In this document: positions 37,469 through 47,076 of the stretch, piece after piece | Position numbering within the stretch: position 1 is the first letter of the stretch | Layout: each line of letters begins with the position of its first letter | DNA from: a virus | IMG/VR virus record: IMGVR_UViG_3300042888_002665 | DNA length: 64,000 nucleotides | Direction: 5' to 3' (one strand) | The notes under the pieces: model-generated | What the model was told of the DNA's origin: nothing | What the model saw: the letters and a program-made list of their open reading frames with translations, nothing else | The model's database searches: none | Position numbers and translations under genes: made by a program

Positions 37469-38062
37469 TTACTTAATACTCGCTCCTTTACTTTTATTAT
37501 CTAAGGCCCACAATGGTTGGAGATTAGTATAATGATTTAATCTATATATTTCATCTTCGGTTTTAGCTGATGCTAATGGTATGATATGATCCACATGCCA
37601 ACCGTCTTGAGTCCAATTGTCCCAATTCATACCTTCAATCCACTGTGATTCGATGTGTTGTCTTAATTGTTCGAATGTACAACCTAATATTTGTTCTGTA
37701 TGTATTGACTTCTCACCTTGAATATAACGCCGAGTATTATTTCGTAATAAATGTTTTAATTTAAATAATGAATCGTTATTGTATCGATCCATTATATATT
37801 CGGCCACTCGTTCTTTATTATTGGTATTGTACTTTTTGCTACGTTTTTGATATTCTTCTTTAGTGTTTACGTAGTGTTGTTTATTATATGATTTATGATA
37901 TTTTGGATTATTTATTTTCCACTGTTTGAAATGATCTGATTTACATGATTTACACTGCTTTTGTAATCCATCTACAGATGATTTATCCTTACTGAATTCG
38001 GAAGTATTTTTAGATAAGGTGCATTTAGGGCACACCTTCATTGGAGGAGCGATATTTATCAT
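37469..38062 (-). CDS. HNH (endonuclease VII-like) homing endonuclease with N-terminal Zn ribbon
   Basis: CPKC..CKSC; WHVDHIIP..NHYTNLQPLW..DN..KG. Confidence 0.85.
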   Translation of the reverse strand: MINIAPPMKVCPKCTLSKNTSEFSKDKSSVDGLQKQCKSCKSDHFKQWKINNPKYHKSYNKQHYVNTKEEYQKRSKKYNTNNKERVAEYIMDRYNNDSLFKLKHLLRNNTRRYIQGEKSIHTEQILGCTFEQLRQHIESQWIEGMNWDNWTQDGWHVDHIIPLASAKTEDEIYRLNHYTNLQPLWALDNKSKGASIK

Positions 38063-38124
38063 CGATTTTAATTATTTTAGTCGATAATAAATATCACTCT
38101 TAATAACCCTTTAAGCATATTTGT

Positions 38125-38436
38125 TTAGAGGGTTTTTATTTTATTTTCCAATGCGTTGATAAATTCTAAAGCATCTGTTTTACCACCAATATGGAATATC
38201 TGTAATTCATTCATCGTATATTCGCGATCATATGTTTTCCAATCATACGCTGTGTAATAGTTATTTTTAAATTTAACTACCCATTCCACTTGTGTTTTAT
38301 CATCGAGTGATGCTTCGCTGAATGTAGGAGGTCCTAATACTTCTACTAATCGTTTGTAAGTAGCTTTAGTATAGCCTTTTAATGATGTGCCGCATATTTG
38401 ATTTGATGCGAATTCTTTGCTTCTTAATGTTCTCAT
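38125..38436 (-). CDS. conserved phage hypothetical protein
   Basis: GTSLKG..LG.P..DDKTQVEW..YDWK..FHIGG pattern; promoter at 38459. Confidence 0.7.
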   Translation of the reverse strand: MRTLRSKEFASNQICGTSLKGYTKATYKRLVEVLGPPTFSEASLDDKTQVEWVVKFKNNYYTAYDWKTYDREYTMNELQIFHIGGKTDALEFINALENKIKTL

Positions 38437-38480
38437 GTTTGTTTGCTTTTATTACAGGTTAAAGATAATAAGGACATCTT

Positions 38481-38795
38481 TTAGATCCTATTCATACGGA
38501 ATCGATTTCTAATATTCCATATGTCTGAACTTGAATCGGCTTCAATCAAATCACCTTTAATTAGTTTACCTGATTTACCTACGGTTGTGTTGTAGATATT
38601 GTAGCCGTATTTTGAATGTTGAACAATGATTGATCGTCCATTATATGATAACCACTTTAAATCACGTACCTTTTCTAATTTAACTTCTGAATTGGCTGAT
38701 TTAACTCGCGGTTCAATCATTTTATCTATCAACGATGTAATCGATTGTAGTTGCTCTACTGGTAATTCGTTGATTAATTTTAGTATCTCTTCCAT
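38481..38795 (-). CDS. hypothetical protein
   Basis: ORF track. Confidence 0.6.
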   Translation of the reverse strand: MEEILKLINELPVEQLQSITSLIDKMIEPRVKSANSEVKLEKVRDLKWLSYNGRSIIVQHSKYGYNIYNTTVGKSGKLIKGDLIEADSSSDIWNIRNRFRMNRI

Positions 38796-38803
38796 ATGTT
38801 TGT

Positions 38804-39022
38804 TTATACATAGCCGTTTTCATTAGCGTATGTACTTAAGTATTTATTAATTGCATCAAATGGATCATTTCCACTGTAGTTAAATACATCGATTTCTTCA
38901 CCATAACTGAATACTATGTATTCGTTTCCACCATTGTTTTCAATTTTGATATGACTTAGATCCACATCACCGAATTCTACTATGTAGACAGTCTGCTTAT
39001 ATATTCCGAAGTTCAATTCCAT
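38804..39022 (-). CDS. hypothetical protein
   Basis: ORF track. Confidence 0.6.
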   Translation of the reverse strand: MELNFGIYKQTVYIVEFGDVDLSHIKIENNGGNEYIVFSYGEEIDVFNYSGNDPFDAINKYLSTYANENGYV

Positions 39023-39024
39023 GA

Positions 39025-39213
39025 TTATTTCTTTTTAGTTAGTGAATTAACTTTTGATTGGATATCTTTAGCTACCATTGCTGGATATCCCGAAGCAAAT
39101 AGTAGACGATGGCCTGTAGCTTCTCCGGCTTCAATTTCCTTTTCGAAATTTTCAACCCATAGCTCTAATGCTTGCTCAATTACGTACTGATCGAATTTAT
39201 TAAATTTTGTCAT
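39025..39213 (-). CDS. hypothetical protein
   Basis: ORF track; promoter at 39237. Confidence 0.6.
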   Translation of the reverse strand: MTKFNKFDQYVIEQALELWVENFEKEIEAGEATGHRLLFASGYPAMVAKDIQSKVNSLTKKK

Positions 39214-39251
39214 GTTAGTTTATTTATTTGTACAGATTAAAGATAATTAAG

Positions 39252-39273
39252 AGAGGTAGTTTATACTACCTCT
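39252..39273 (-). terminator. stem-loop directly upstream of promoter motif
   Basis: Perfect 9-bp stem AGAGGTAGT/ACTACCTCT overlapping a stop codon. Confidence 0.65.
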
Positions 39274-39614
39274 TCTTCTAATTCTAATTCGGCTAATTCT
39301 AACTTTAAATAGTTGATTTTAGCTTTACGATATTCTTCACTTACATCTACAAGTAGATTATGTAATTCTACGTCTGTGATATCGATTGGAAATGTTACTT
39401 TGTAGCTATTATCACGAGTTGAATATCTCATGATTTCTACCTTTTCATTGTAGCGCTCCCCAAATGTAACTGATGTTACGTTATGATTCTCGGAATACCA
39501 CACAGTAATATGATCTGAAAATTTAGTGTGAGTATCGTTTGGTAGGTTTTGTAATATACCTAATCCACGTACTTGCTCGAATAATGTTTTGAATTGATTT
39601 AATTCGTTTCTCAT
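39261..39614 (-). CDS. hypothetical protein
   Basis: ORF track; promoter at 39652. Confidence 0.65.
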   Translation of the reverse strand: MRNELNQFKTLFEQVRGLGILQNLPNDTHTKFSDHITVWYSENHNVTSVTFGERYNEKVEIMRYSTRDNSYKVTFPIDITDVELHNLLVDVSEEYRKAKINYLKLELAELELEEEVV

Positions 39615-39676
39615 GTTTTTGTTTATTTATTGGTTTAACTTTTATTACAGGTTAAAGATAATAAGGACAATCTTGA

Positions 39677-40030
39677 TTACCAACTTGAACTGTAGTATAA
39701 TTCATCTAAACAGTATGACTTATATTCGAGTATTTCATCAATGATTTGTACTGTATTTCTTAAATCATTGAAATACCACATATCGTAAGCAGTATTGCCG
39801 AAGAAGAATCCACTCTGTGTTGGTAATAGTTGTTCTGCTAGATTTACATCATTCAATACATCATTACAGGTATTATGTAATTGAATTAAATGTTCTTTAG
39901 TTACTTTATACTGACCACAATCATCAACACCGTCTTGAACGTTGTCTACGAACCATTTGTGTATAGCATTTGCTTTACGCCATGATATAATCTCATTACC
40001 ATCATGAACCAACATCATATCTAATCCCAT
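39677..40030 (-). CDS. conserved phage protein (MGLDM..WRKANAIH..GFFFG family)
   Basis: Recognisable motif set; function unknown. Confidence 0.75.
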   Translation of the reverse strand: MGLDMMLVHDGNEIISWRKANAIHKWFVDNVQDGVDDCGQYKVTKEHLIQLHNTCNDVLNDVNLAEQLLPTQSGFFFGNTAYDMWYFNDLRNTVQIIDEILEYKSYCLDELYYSSSW

Positions 40031-40031
40031 A

Positions 40032-40250
40032 TTATTTTTTTAAGTTTAAACGCATGTGTTCTTTACTAATGAAGTAATCTAAACTCAATGCTGCGTCTTG
40101 TAGCATTACTAATAAATCAATCTGTGCATTGATTCCACCTTTATCTAACGTGTTGATATCTAAAGTGCGTTGGCTTTTAGCTACTTCGGAGATAATATCT
40201 GCGTAGTACTTAATTTTGGGCATGTAGCCGTTTGGGTATTTATTTTTCAT
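40032..40250 (-). CDS. hypothetical protein
   Basis: ORF track; promoter at 40272. Confidence 0.6.
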   Translation of the reverse strand: MKNKYPNGYMPKIKYYADIISEVAKSQRTLDINTLDKGGINAQIDLLVMLQDAALSLDYFISKEHMRLNLKK

Positions 40251-40281
40251 GTTTGTTTGTTTTAATACATTATAAATGTAA

Positions 40282-40545
40282 TTAAGAAATCTCGATCATG
40301 GAAATGGGTACATTGTAAGAAGCGAACGCGCCTTCAACTTGTAATGTTGCTGTAGTTCGTTTTACTTTCTTTACAATTAATTTCTTACCTAATAGTTTAG
40401 GATGATTTACCTTCACCTTGTCTCCGATATTCAATTCGAATTGAGCGATTAACTGCTTACGTTTTGCTTTAATCGTATTTACAACTAACTTATTTAAGTT
40501 ACTTAGTTGTTCTAATGTCAGGTTATTCAGTTGTGCTTGTGTCAT
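40282..40545 (-). CDS. small SH3/KOW-like protein
   Basis: LNIGDKVKV..VKKV.RTTA.L. Confidence 0.55.
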   Translation of the reverse strand: MTQAQLNNLTLEQLSNLNKLVVNTIKAKRKQLIAQFELNIGDKVKVNHPKLLGKKLIVKKVKRTTATLQVEGAFASYNVPISMIEIS

Positions 40546-40550
40546 TTGAT

Positions 40551-41018
40551 TTATTTATTTGTTGTTTCGTATTTTAATAATAACTGAGTATTTCCCACTT
40601 GTTTTCTATCTTGGGAATTGTATGAAGAACTCCATCGAAATTCATTCCCATAAAATGTAGCTTCATTAAAATATTCATCATGTGGAATTTCGAATATTCT
40701 TTTATTTATTCCATCAATAATTCTAATAACATCAAACCCACCATATTTATTTTCTCCTGCACTATTGATTCTTATTTCACCTGTAGGCATGGTGTAATTA
40801 GTAAATTTGGTTTCAATACGTAAATTATCTTTTGATAATTCGTCATGACCTACTTCATTTACAAACATACTACCAGCATCATCGGCTACTTTAACTTCTA
40901 CTATAAGTGCTTGGAATCTGCAGTTATTTAATAATAAGTCTGCATTTTTGAATAAGAAATCACCGTAACCATTCTTTAAATATTCTTTTAAATCTTCTTT
41001 ACCGTAAGTATATTTCAT
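40551..41018 (-). CDS. hypothetical protein
   Basis: ORF track; promoter at 41040. Confidence 0.65.
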   Translation of the reverse strand: MKYTYGKEDLKEYLKNGYGDFLFKNADLLLNNCRFQALIVEVKVADDAGSMFVNEVGHDELSKDNLRIETKFTNYTMPTGEIRINSAGENKYGGFDVIRIIDGINKRIFEIPHDEYFNEATFYGNEFRWSSSYNSQDRKQVGNTQLLLKYETTNK

Positions 41019-41057
41019 TGGTTTATTTATTTGTACAGATTAAAGATAATTAGGAAA

Positions 41058-41085
41058 ACTTCAACACCCTATTGGGCGTTGAAGT
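41058..41085 (-). terminator. terminator fused to promoter motif
   Basis: Minus strand ACTTCAACGCCC-AATA-GGGTGTTGAAGT then TTTCCTAATTATCTTTAA. Confidence 0.75.
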
Positions 41086-41815
41086 AATCCATAACCTCGT
41101 TGATTGACATTTTTCTGAATATAACATCTACTTTCTCATGTACATATTCCTTATCACGAGTACTATACACTTCAAATGTTACATAACTACCTGATTTGAA
41201 TGTAACTGTAACAGTATCAAATTCAGTATAATTACGACCACGACTATAACCTTTACCTGCTGTTACTTCAGCGTCTGGATATAATTTCTTATACTTATCA
41301 ACTGTATATTCTACTGTTGATTTGGTTTTATTAGCAATTTCGTATTTGTATTTAGCAGTTTCAGCTGCTTTAGCGATGTTAGCTAATATTGTAGCAGGTT
41401 TCATTGCTCGTGAATTGTTATTTAACCAATAACATTCCATTTTATCACCACGTAGATCAACTGATGCTTTACGTTTAATGATTTCATTCTTACCCTTATC
41501 GTATTCATCAAACACAATATAGAAGTTACCTTTGAAATGATCTAATTCAACTTCAACCATTTTATGTTCTTCTCTCCATGAATTAACATTAATTTCACGC
41601 ATCACTTTAATACAGTCAATGCTGTAGCCGTAATGATTTGATGTGAATCCAGCAGCATCTACTATTGCTGCTTTACGTATTACTTCTAATCTCTGACGAT
41701 CCATTTGCTTTGTAGCGTCTGCTTTAGCAGTGACAACACGTTGTTCTTGTTCTACCGTTAGCATATCTGCGAATAATGGTAGTTGATTTGGGGCAATTTC
41801 GATTGTATTTTCCAT
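41069..41815 (-). CDS. hypothetical protein
   Basis: ORF track; promoter at 41837. Confidence 0.7.
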   Translation of the reverse strand: MENTIEIAPNQLPLFADMLTVEQEQRVVTAKADATKQMDRQRLEVIRKAAIVDAAGFTSNHYGYSIDCIKVMREINVNSWREEHKMVEVELDHFKGNFYIVFDEYDKGKNEIIKRKASVDLRGDKMECYWLNNNSRAMKPATILANIAKAAETAKYKYEIANKTKSTVEYTVDKYKKLYPDAEVTAGKGYSRGRNYTEFDTVTVTFKSGSYVTFEVYSTRDKEYVHEKVDVIFRKMSINEVMDYFNAQ

Positions 41816-41846
41816 ATGTTTGTTTATTTGTACAGAGTAAATGTAA

Positions 41847-42128
41847 TTAGGAAAGTTGTTCTAACCTATCAGCCTCAGGAATAATAACTGTTTGAATGTA
41901 ATCGTTGAACAGCGTTTCGTGTTCAATCATTTCGGCAGGTGCCCAATTGTAAGTACATACATCATAATATGATCTATGATATGACATTGACTCGTTTGGA
42001 TAATTTTCATTTGTCAATGTATACGTTCCATCACCCTCAACATCGTCTACTTCGTATTCGGGATAATTTTCTGATAACCACGTTAGGAACGTTTTGTTAA
42101 TTAATTTGCGTTTTTCTGTCTTATTCAT
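41847..42128 (-). CDS. hypothetical protein (start trimmed to MNKTEK)
   Basis: AAACAAACAAAC leader; upstream extension overlaps terminator/promoter. Confidence 0.65.
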   Translation of the reverse strand: MNKTEKRKLINKTFLTWLSENYPEYEVDDVEGDGTYTLTNENYPNESMSYHRSYYDVCTYNWAPAEMIEHETLFNDYIQTVIIPEADRLEQLS

Positions 42129-42157
42129 ATGTTTGTTTGTTTTAATTTTCGAACATA

Positions 42158-42192
42158 GTAAAGATAATAAGGAAAGAGGGCCGAAGCCCTCT
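42158..42192 (-). terminator. cUUCGg terminator fused to promoter motif
   Basis: Minus strand AGAGGGC-TTCG-GCCCTCT then TTCCTTATTATCTTTAC. Confidence 0.8.
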
Positions 42193-42198
42193 GTCCAT

Positions 42199-42459
42199 TT
42201 ATTCACCTCTGTTTCCCGCTTTTTGGAATTTCTTATAATCAGGAATACCCTCGAAATTACGTTGCCAATAATCGAAGTCCTTCTCGCTCATTGGCATTCC
42301 GAATACATGATATTCTTTTAATTTGCGATCGCCTTGTGGGATTAATGCAGGTCCGTCTGAATTGTGTAGTTGTTTTTTACCACCACGATCTAAATAATAT
42401 CCGATCGTTCCGTCTGCTGTTTTAAATTTACCGTACTTTAGTTTATTGTACTTTTCCAT
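42199..42459 (-). CDS. hypothetical protein with LH-x-DGPA repeat unit
   Basis: LHNSDGPALI..EYHVFG. Confidence 0.65.
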   Translation of the reverse strand: MEKYNKLKYGKFKTADGTIGYYLDRGGKKQLHNSDGPALIPQGDRKLKEYHVFGMPMSEKDFDYWQRNFEGIPDYKKFQKAGNRGE

Positions 42460-42584
42460 AATTTATTTTTTAATATTCCACTTTTTTTCTAAATAATCGT
42501 AATAGCGTTGTGTTTTATTTCCATTATATAGGAAATATACTAAATGGATATCAATCCACAATTCAATTTTACTTAGTAACTGTT

Positions 42585-43310
42585 TCATCTTTTATATGTG
42601 TTAAATTTAATTTCACCGTTATCCGTACTAATTTGTTCTAAAATCATATACTGACCTGATGTGCCTAATGTATCAATATAGTAGTAACGACCACCTGTTG
42701 ATTTACCTTCAGTATCAATTTTACCTTGTGTAGTATGACCTACAACTTGAATATAATGTGATCGTAATACATCATAATTTGATCTCTGTAATGCATCCGG
42801 TCGAATCCAAATTGGAGACGACTCAACACTATCACCATATGGATCACGTCCTGTAAATTTAAATTTATTTGGTTTATATCTCCATATATCATTTACAAAA
42901 TCAGATACATACTCTCCATTCCATCCATTATTTTTCAACCAATTAGCTGATACACCAGCATGACTAAATACGAACACGCCCATTTGATAACACATCTGTA
43001 AATGTTCTTTATTATCTTCTAATAATTGTTCAATAGCAGCTCTAGCTCCGGCTTGGTATCCTGAATAATGCTCAGTAATACCTCTCATATAATGATAATC
43101 ATGATTACCAATCAACATAATCACTTCAGACTGTCCTGATTTCTTCCAATCAATAATTTCCTGAAAGTTATACATCTGCTCAGCCGCAGTATAATTATCA
43201 TATGAATCAAAGTAATCACCTATGAATATAACTCGGTCTGGAGCTTCATTTGCTACAATACCTTTCCAACAATCACGTCCGTGAATGTCACCTATTATAA
43301 CTGTTTTCAT
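42585..43310 (-). CDS. calcineurin-like metallophosphoesterase
   Basis: IGDIHG, IGDYFD, IGNHD, FSHAG, VGHT. Confidence 0.9.
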   Translation of the reverse strand: MKTVIIGDIHGRDCWKGIVANEAPDRVIFIGDYFDSYDNYTAAEQMYNFQEIIDWKKSGQSEVIMLIGNHDYHYMRGITEHYSGYQAGARAAIEQLLEDNKEHLQMCYQMGVFVFSHAGVSANWLKNNGWNGEYVSDFVNDIWRYKPNKFKFTGRDPYGDSVESSPIWIRPDALQRSNYDVLRSHYIQVVGHTTQGKIDTEGKSTGGRYYYIDTLGTSGQYMILEQISTDNGEIKFNTYKR

Positions 43311-43312
43311 AA

Positions 43313-43531
43313 CTATATATGTAAATGGTCTTTAATGTTTTGAATATGCTTACACACTTTAGTACGTCCACATTGGAATGCTAAGCAATTGCATCTCAAT
43401 TGGTTATCTTGATTTCGTACTACCTTATAATTCTGATATTTACCTTTTGTATCTTTGGACCCCATCACTACGTAAGTAATAGTCCATTTTTCAGTTGGTA
43501 TCTGTGTTGATTTTGGTCGTCCTCTGGGCAT
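43313..43531 (-). CDS. SWIM-type Zn-finger protein with N-terminal RGRPK
   Basis: CNCLAF....VCKH. Confidence 0.7.
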   Translation of the reverse strand: MPRGRPKSTQIPTEKWTITYVVMGSKDTKGKYQNYKVVRNQDNQLRCNCLAFQCGRTKVCKHIQNIKDHLHI

Positions 43532-43676
43532 CTGATAGTTGGTTTTGTAATTGACGTATTTCTAATTGTAACATTTTATATTCATTTGAGCGTAGTCCAT
43601 CTTTACTCGACAACAATATTATTGTTGACTGATTGTGTAAATTCATCAGTTGAGTAATTATGGTATTTGTTTCCAC
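43491..43676 (-). CDS. hypothetical coiled-coil protein
   Basis: ORF track; 41-nt overlap with next gene. Confidence 0.5.
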   Translation of the reverse strand: METNTIITQLMNLHNQSTIILLSSKDGLRSNEYKMLQLEIRQLQNQLSDAQRTTKINTDTN

Positions 43677-43684
43677 TGCTCATA

Positions 43685-43879
43685 TTATATACACATATAA
43701 ATATAATGGGACATATCTCTATGTCCCTTATGTTTTACTTGATATAATTTATCTCGTTTACCTTTACCTGTTCGTTGCGTAGTCATTCTAGATATAATAT
43801 GACAACTTTCACCTATTGATAGTGGTTCCGGTTTGAATTGATCTAAAATTTCTGCAAATGTTAATTTATTCATTTTCAT
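43685..43879 (-). CDS. hypothetical protein
   Basis: ORF track; promoter at 43883. Confidence 0.55.
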   Translation of the reverse strand: MKMNKLTFAEILDQFKPEPLSIGESCHIISRMTTQRTGKGKRDKLYQVKHKGHRDMSHYIYMCI

Positions 43880-43902
43880 ACCTTAAAGGTAATTAAGAAA
43901 TC

Positions 43903-44262
43903 TTATTTATCCAAGCCTGCTAATTTTTCAAAACGCTCATACATCGAAGCATAATCACGAGGTACTTCACGGTTCGCTTCTTCATCCTCGTATTTATCAA
44001 CTGTTGCTTGGTCTTCAGGTGACAATTCATTTGAAATAGGTACTAATTCATACCAAAACAACCAACCTGTATCTTCATCATAATCATCTATTTCATTTGC
44101 TTTTAGACCTAATTTAGCTAAACCAGCGTTTAATCCCTCTAAATCTCTTTGACGATTCCAATATCCTGTTCTGATATATGGTCTTTCACCTTGTAAACGA
44201 TCAATTTGAGCATTAGGTTCTAATTCTAAAACGCCTTGTATTTGTTCTGGAGTTAATTTCAT
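43903..44262 (-). CDS. hypothetical protein
   Basis: ORF track; promoter at 44284. Confidence 0.65.
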   Translation of the reverse strand: MKLTPEQIQGVLELEPNAQIDRLQGERPYIRTGYWNRQRDLEGLNAGLAKLGLKANEIDDYDEDTGWLFWYELVPISNELSPEDQATVDKYEDEEANREVPRDYASMYERFEKLAGLDK

Positions 44263-44283
44263 TTTATTATTTATTCATTTGAT

Positions 44284-44320
44284 ATAAATATAATTAAGAA
44301 AGGGGAACCGAAGCCCCCCT
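44284..44320 (-). terminator. cUUCGg terminator fused to promoter motif
   Basis: Minus strand AGGGGGGC-TTCG-GTTCCCCT then TTCTTAATTATATTTAT. Confidence 0.75.
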
Positions 44321-44341
44321 TAATCAAAATACTAATGTTAA

Positions 44342-44515
44342 TTACTGGACATTCTTAGCAGTATCAGCAGCAGCAGTGTCGGCTACAACTGTATCAGCAG
44401 CAATAGTATCTACTGTAGTTGAATCAGCAGTAGTAGATTCTGTTTTAGAACCACATGATGTAGCTGCTAATGCGATAAATAATGCAACGAATGTTAGTGC
44501 GAATAAATTTTTCAT
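44342..44515 (-). CDS. small lipoprotein with D(S/T) repeats (57 aa, below track cut-off)
   Basis: Manual translation MKNLFALTFVALFIALAATSC-GSKTESTTADSTTVDTIAADTVVADTAAADTAKNVQ. Confidence 0.8.
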   Translation of the reverse strand: MKNLFALTFVALFIALAATSCGSKTESTTADSTTVDTIAADTVVADTAAADTAKNVQ

Positions 44516-44545
44516 TTTTACTTGGTTTTGGTTTATTATAAATAT

Positions 44546-44770
44546 TTACTTTTTATTTGAAGGTATAATTATTATACTCTGTCTACGTTTTGGTGAATGA
44601 GGTATAATAATTCTGTTATATCTACGATTAGGCAAATGATATCCATTAACGCCTATACGATGATAAGGTTGTAATCTAGTGTTTACACGTCTAACTCCAA
44701 ATCCAGGAATGTAGGTATAACAACTCGACGTCATAGTAGCAATCAATAACAATAATATTAATTTTTTCAT
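44546..44770 (-). CDS. small lipoprotein (start trimmed to MKKLIL)
   Basis: Lipobox MTSSC; promoter at 44775. Confidence 0.65.
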   Translation of the reverse strand: MKKLILLLLIATMTSSCYTYIPGFGVRRVNTRLQPYHRIGVNGYHLPNRRYNRIIIPHSPKRRQSIIIIPSNKK

Positions 44771-44795
44771 ATGATTAAATGTAATGAAGACACTT

Positions 44796-45902
44796 TTAAA
44801 ATCCAATTTTACGTTTTGTATCTACAGCTTTATATTCGATTTCCTGTAAATTATATATTTCAGTTAATGTCATATCATCAGTAGCGATGTGATCCATTCC
44901 TAAATGTTTGATTAACTTATTTGCATCGTCGACTTTTAACTTATCGAATTTATGTTCAGCAATTAATCTACCTTTACGTAATAATGCTGTATCAATCTTT
45001 TTACGATCCATATTAAACGTGGCGACTATTTGAATGTTTAATATATCTCCCAGAATACCGTCAGTCAAGTTTAGTATATTAGATACACCGTTGGCTCCGT
45101 TAGTATCTCGGTCAGTAATAACACGTTCAGCATCTTCAATGAATAGAATTGAATCGCTGTTTTCAATTAAAAACGGAGTCATTTCAGGGGAGGTGATGAA
45201 GTCTACTAAATATGGTGGAACGAACATCACCTTCTTGTCCTTGATTTTAGAGGCTAAATATTTTAAGTAGTGTGTCTTGCCTGTACCTGGTTCACCATGT
45301 AATAGAACTAATCCATTAGCGTTCTTTTTATTTAGTGTTGATAATATCTTATCATGCACTGGTATAAATGACGAACCATAATTATGTTCTAAATCCAATT
45401 TTTGCTTAGGCAGATCGAATGTTTGAGTATCATATCCGTGACGAGTCTGAACAATTAGTGATATATTGTTTTCTTTTGTTTTGTGTTTTTTAAGAATTTT
45501 AAATAATTCTTCCCTAAATAATTCAAATCCACTATCACTTATGTTTGAATAAATAATAATAGTACGTTCGTTTTCATCTTCCCAATCATTATCTTCACCA
45601 CCATTAATTTTTTTAAACGCGTATGGTGATATCTTCAACGCAATCATTGATGGTTGTCCTTTCTCATTAATAACTGTTTTGCCAAAGTATTTATGTTGGC
45701 TACGCTTTTTAGGTGTAGAGTAATAAGTTGAATACAACTCAGTAAAATTCCATTTACTAAGAAACTTACTTAAATCATCATTTTTAAATGAATAATCATT
45801 GATACTCTCATAATGACTAACCCATCTATCTGTTGCTTCAAATATTTTATGGGCAACAGGATATTCATTATCTTCAACATTAACGTATGGAGCTTTATTC
45901 AT
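44796..45902 (-). CDS. AAA+ ATPase
   Basis: LLHGEPGTGKT, LFIEDAE, ATFN, DTALLRKGRL. Confidence 0.9.
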   Translation of the reverse strand: MNKAPYVNVEDNEYPVAHKIFEATDRWVSHYESINDYSFKNDDLSKFLSKWNFTELYSTYYSTPKKRSQHKYFGKTVINEKGQPSMIALKISPYAFKKINGGEDNDWEDENERTIIIYSNISDSGFELFREELFKILKKHKTKENNISLIVQTRHGYDTQTFDLPKQKLDLEHNYGSSFIPVHDKILSTLNKKNANGLVLLHGEPGTGKTHYLKYLASKIKDKKVMFVPPYLVDFITSPEMTPFLIENSDSILFIEDAERVITDRDTNGANGVSNILNLTDGILGDILNIQIVATFNMDRKKIDTALLRKGRLIAEHKFDKLKVDDANKLIKHLGMDHIATDDMTLTEIYNLQEIEYKAVDTKRKIGF

Positions 45903-46141
45903 TATTTAATATAAATGTACTGTGACTTATTACGTTTTTCAAATGCTTTATCAGCTTTCCAATTTTGAATTTGCCATTCAGCTAATTTTTGTGTTTGAAA
46001 TGAAGCATAATGTTCTACCCAATGTAGTCCAACTCGTTTAGACGGAGTATAATATGTTTGGGATTCGGTTTCATTTACCCTAACACGATAAGCTGAACAA
46101 CTGCTTAATAATAATGTTCCTAATATTAATAACTTTTTCAT
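45902..46141 (-). CDS. small lipoprotein
   Basis: MKKLLILGTLLLSSC lipobox. Confidence 0.7.
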   Translation of the reverse strand: MKKLLILGTLLLSSCSAYRVRVNETESQTYYTPSKRVGLHWVEHYASFQTQKLAEWQIQNWKADKAFEKRNKSQYIYIK

Positions 46142-46776
46142 TATACAAATCGTTTTATGTGATGATCAAATTCAAATCCTGATTTAATCGGTTGATTACC
46201 CATTAATCGTTTAATGTCTGATGTGTGTAGTGGATTTAATCCATTTCCATCTACACCTACATCCATTGTTTTACCTTTACCAATACGCCGATCAGCAGAT
46301 AAGTGAACGTGTCCGTGTAAATGTATTACACCATCATTCATTTTATTCCAAGATATAATTGGGTAATGCATCAAAACATAGTTTTGTTCCCAATCTTTAC
46401 CTTTAACTTCTAACTCTAAGTACTGATTAACTGAAGTAAATAATCCTCTAATACCTTCACGATCGCGTTCGATGTGATGATCATGATTACCTAAAATGAT
46501 ATGTATGTTTCTACAATTAATACGATTACGAAATTGTTCAATCATTTCAAACCCACCAAACGACCAATCACCTAAGTGAAATAGTATATCGTCTTGACCA
46601 ACTGCTGAATTAATTCCATTTACAATTCTATCATTCATTTGATCTAATGTATCAAAATCACGAGTAAATCCATCAGCATTACTCCACCTTGTAGTACCAC
46701 GACATATGTTTGTATGCATATAGTGTGTATCTGAAGTAAAGTACAATTGTTGGGTTGGTTCTAATTTAATTTTCAT
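46141..46776 (-). CDS. calcineurin-like metallophosphoesterase
   Basis: FTSDTH, HLGD, LGNHD, MHYP, HGHVH, DVGVD. Confidence 0.9.
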   Translation of the reverse strand: MKIKLEPTQQLYFTSDTHYMHTNICRGTTRWSNADGFTRDFDTLDQMNDRIVNGINSAVGQDDILFHLGDWSFGGFEMIEQFRNRINCRNIHIILGNHDHHIERDREGIRGLFTSVNQYLELEVKGKDWEQNYVLMHYPIISWNKMNDGVIHLHGHVHLSADRRIGKGKTMDVGVDGNGLNPLHTSDIKRLMGNQPIKSGFEFDHHIKRFV

Positions 46777-46917
46777 GTTTCTGTTTATATCTTATTACAG
46801 CAGCCCATTTTAACCATCCTATAGTTAATGTCCCTCTATTGTATTCTCCCCACCCATTATAATAAGTAATAGCTGGGATTAATTCGAATACATTTACTTG
46901 TTTTTTAAATTCGATTA

Positions 46918-47076
46918 TCATCCTATTTGTGTTTTATCGTCGTCATCTAATCCGAACAAGTCATTACCTGTATAATCAGGGTGGTTCTTATCCATGTAGT
47001 CAAATCCACGTATCCATAACCAAATAAATGGTGATGCTAATAATACAATAAATCCAAACAATGCTAAGAATTCCAT
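46918..47076 (-). CDS. small membrane protein (52 aa)
   Basis: Manual translation MEFLALFGFIVLLASPFIWLWIRG..DKTQIG. Confidence 0.55.
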   Translation of the reverse strand: MEFLALFGFIVLLASPFIWLWIRGFDYMDKNHPDYTGNDLFGLDDDDKTQIG

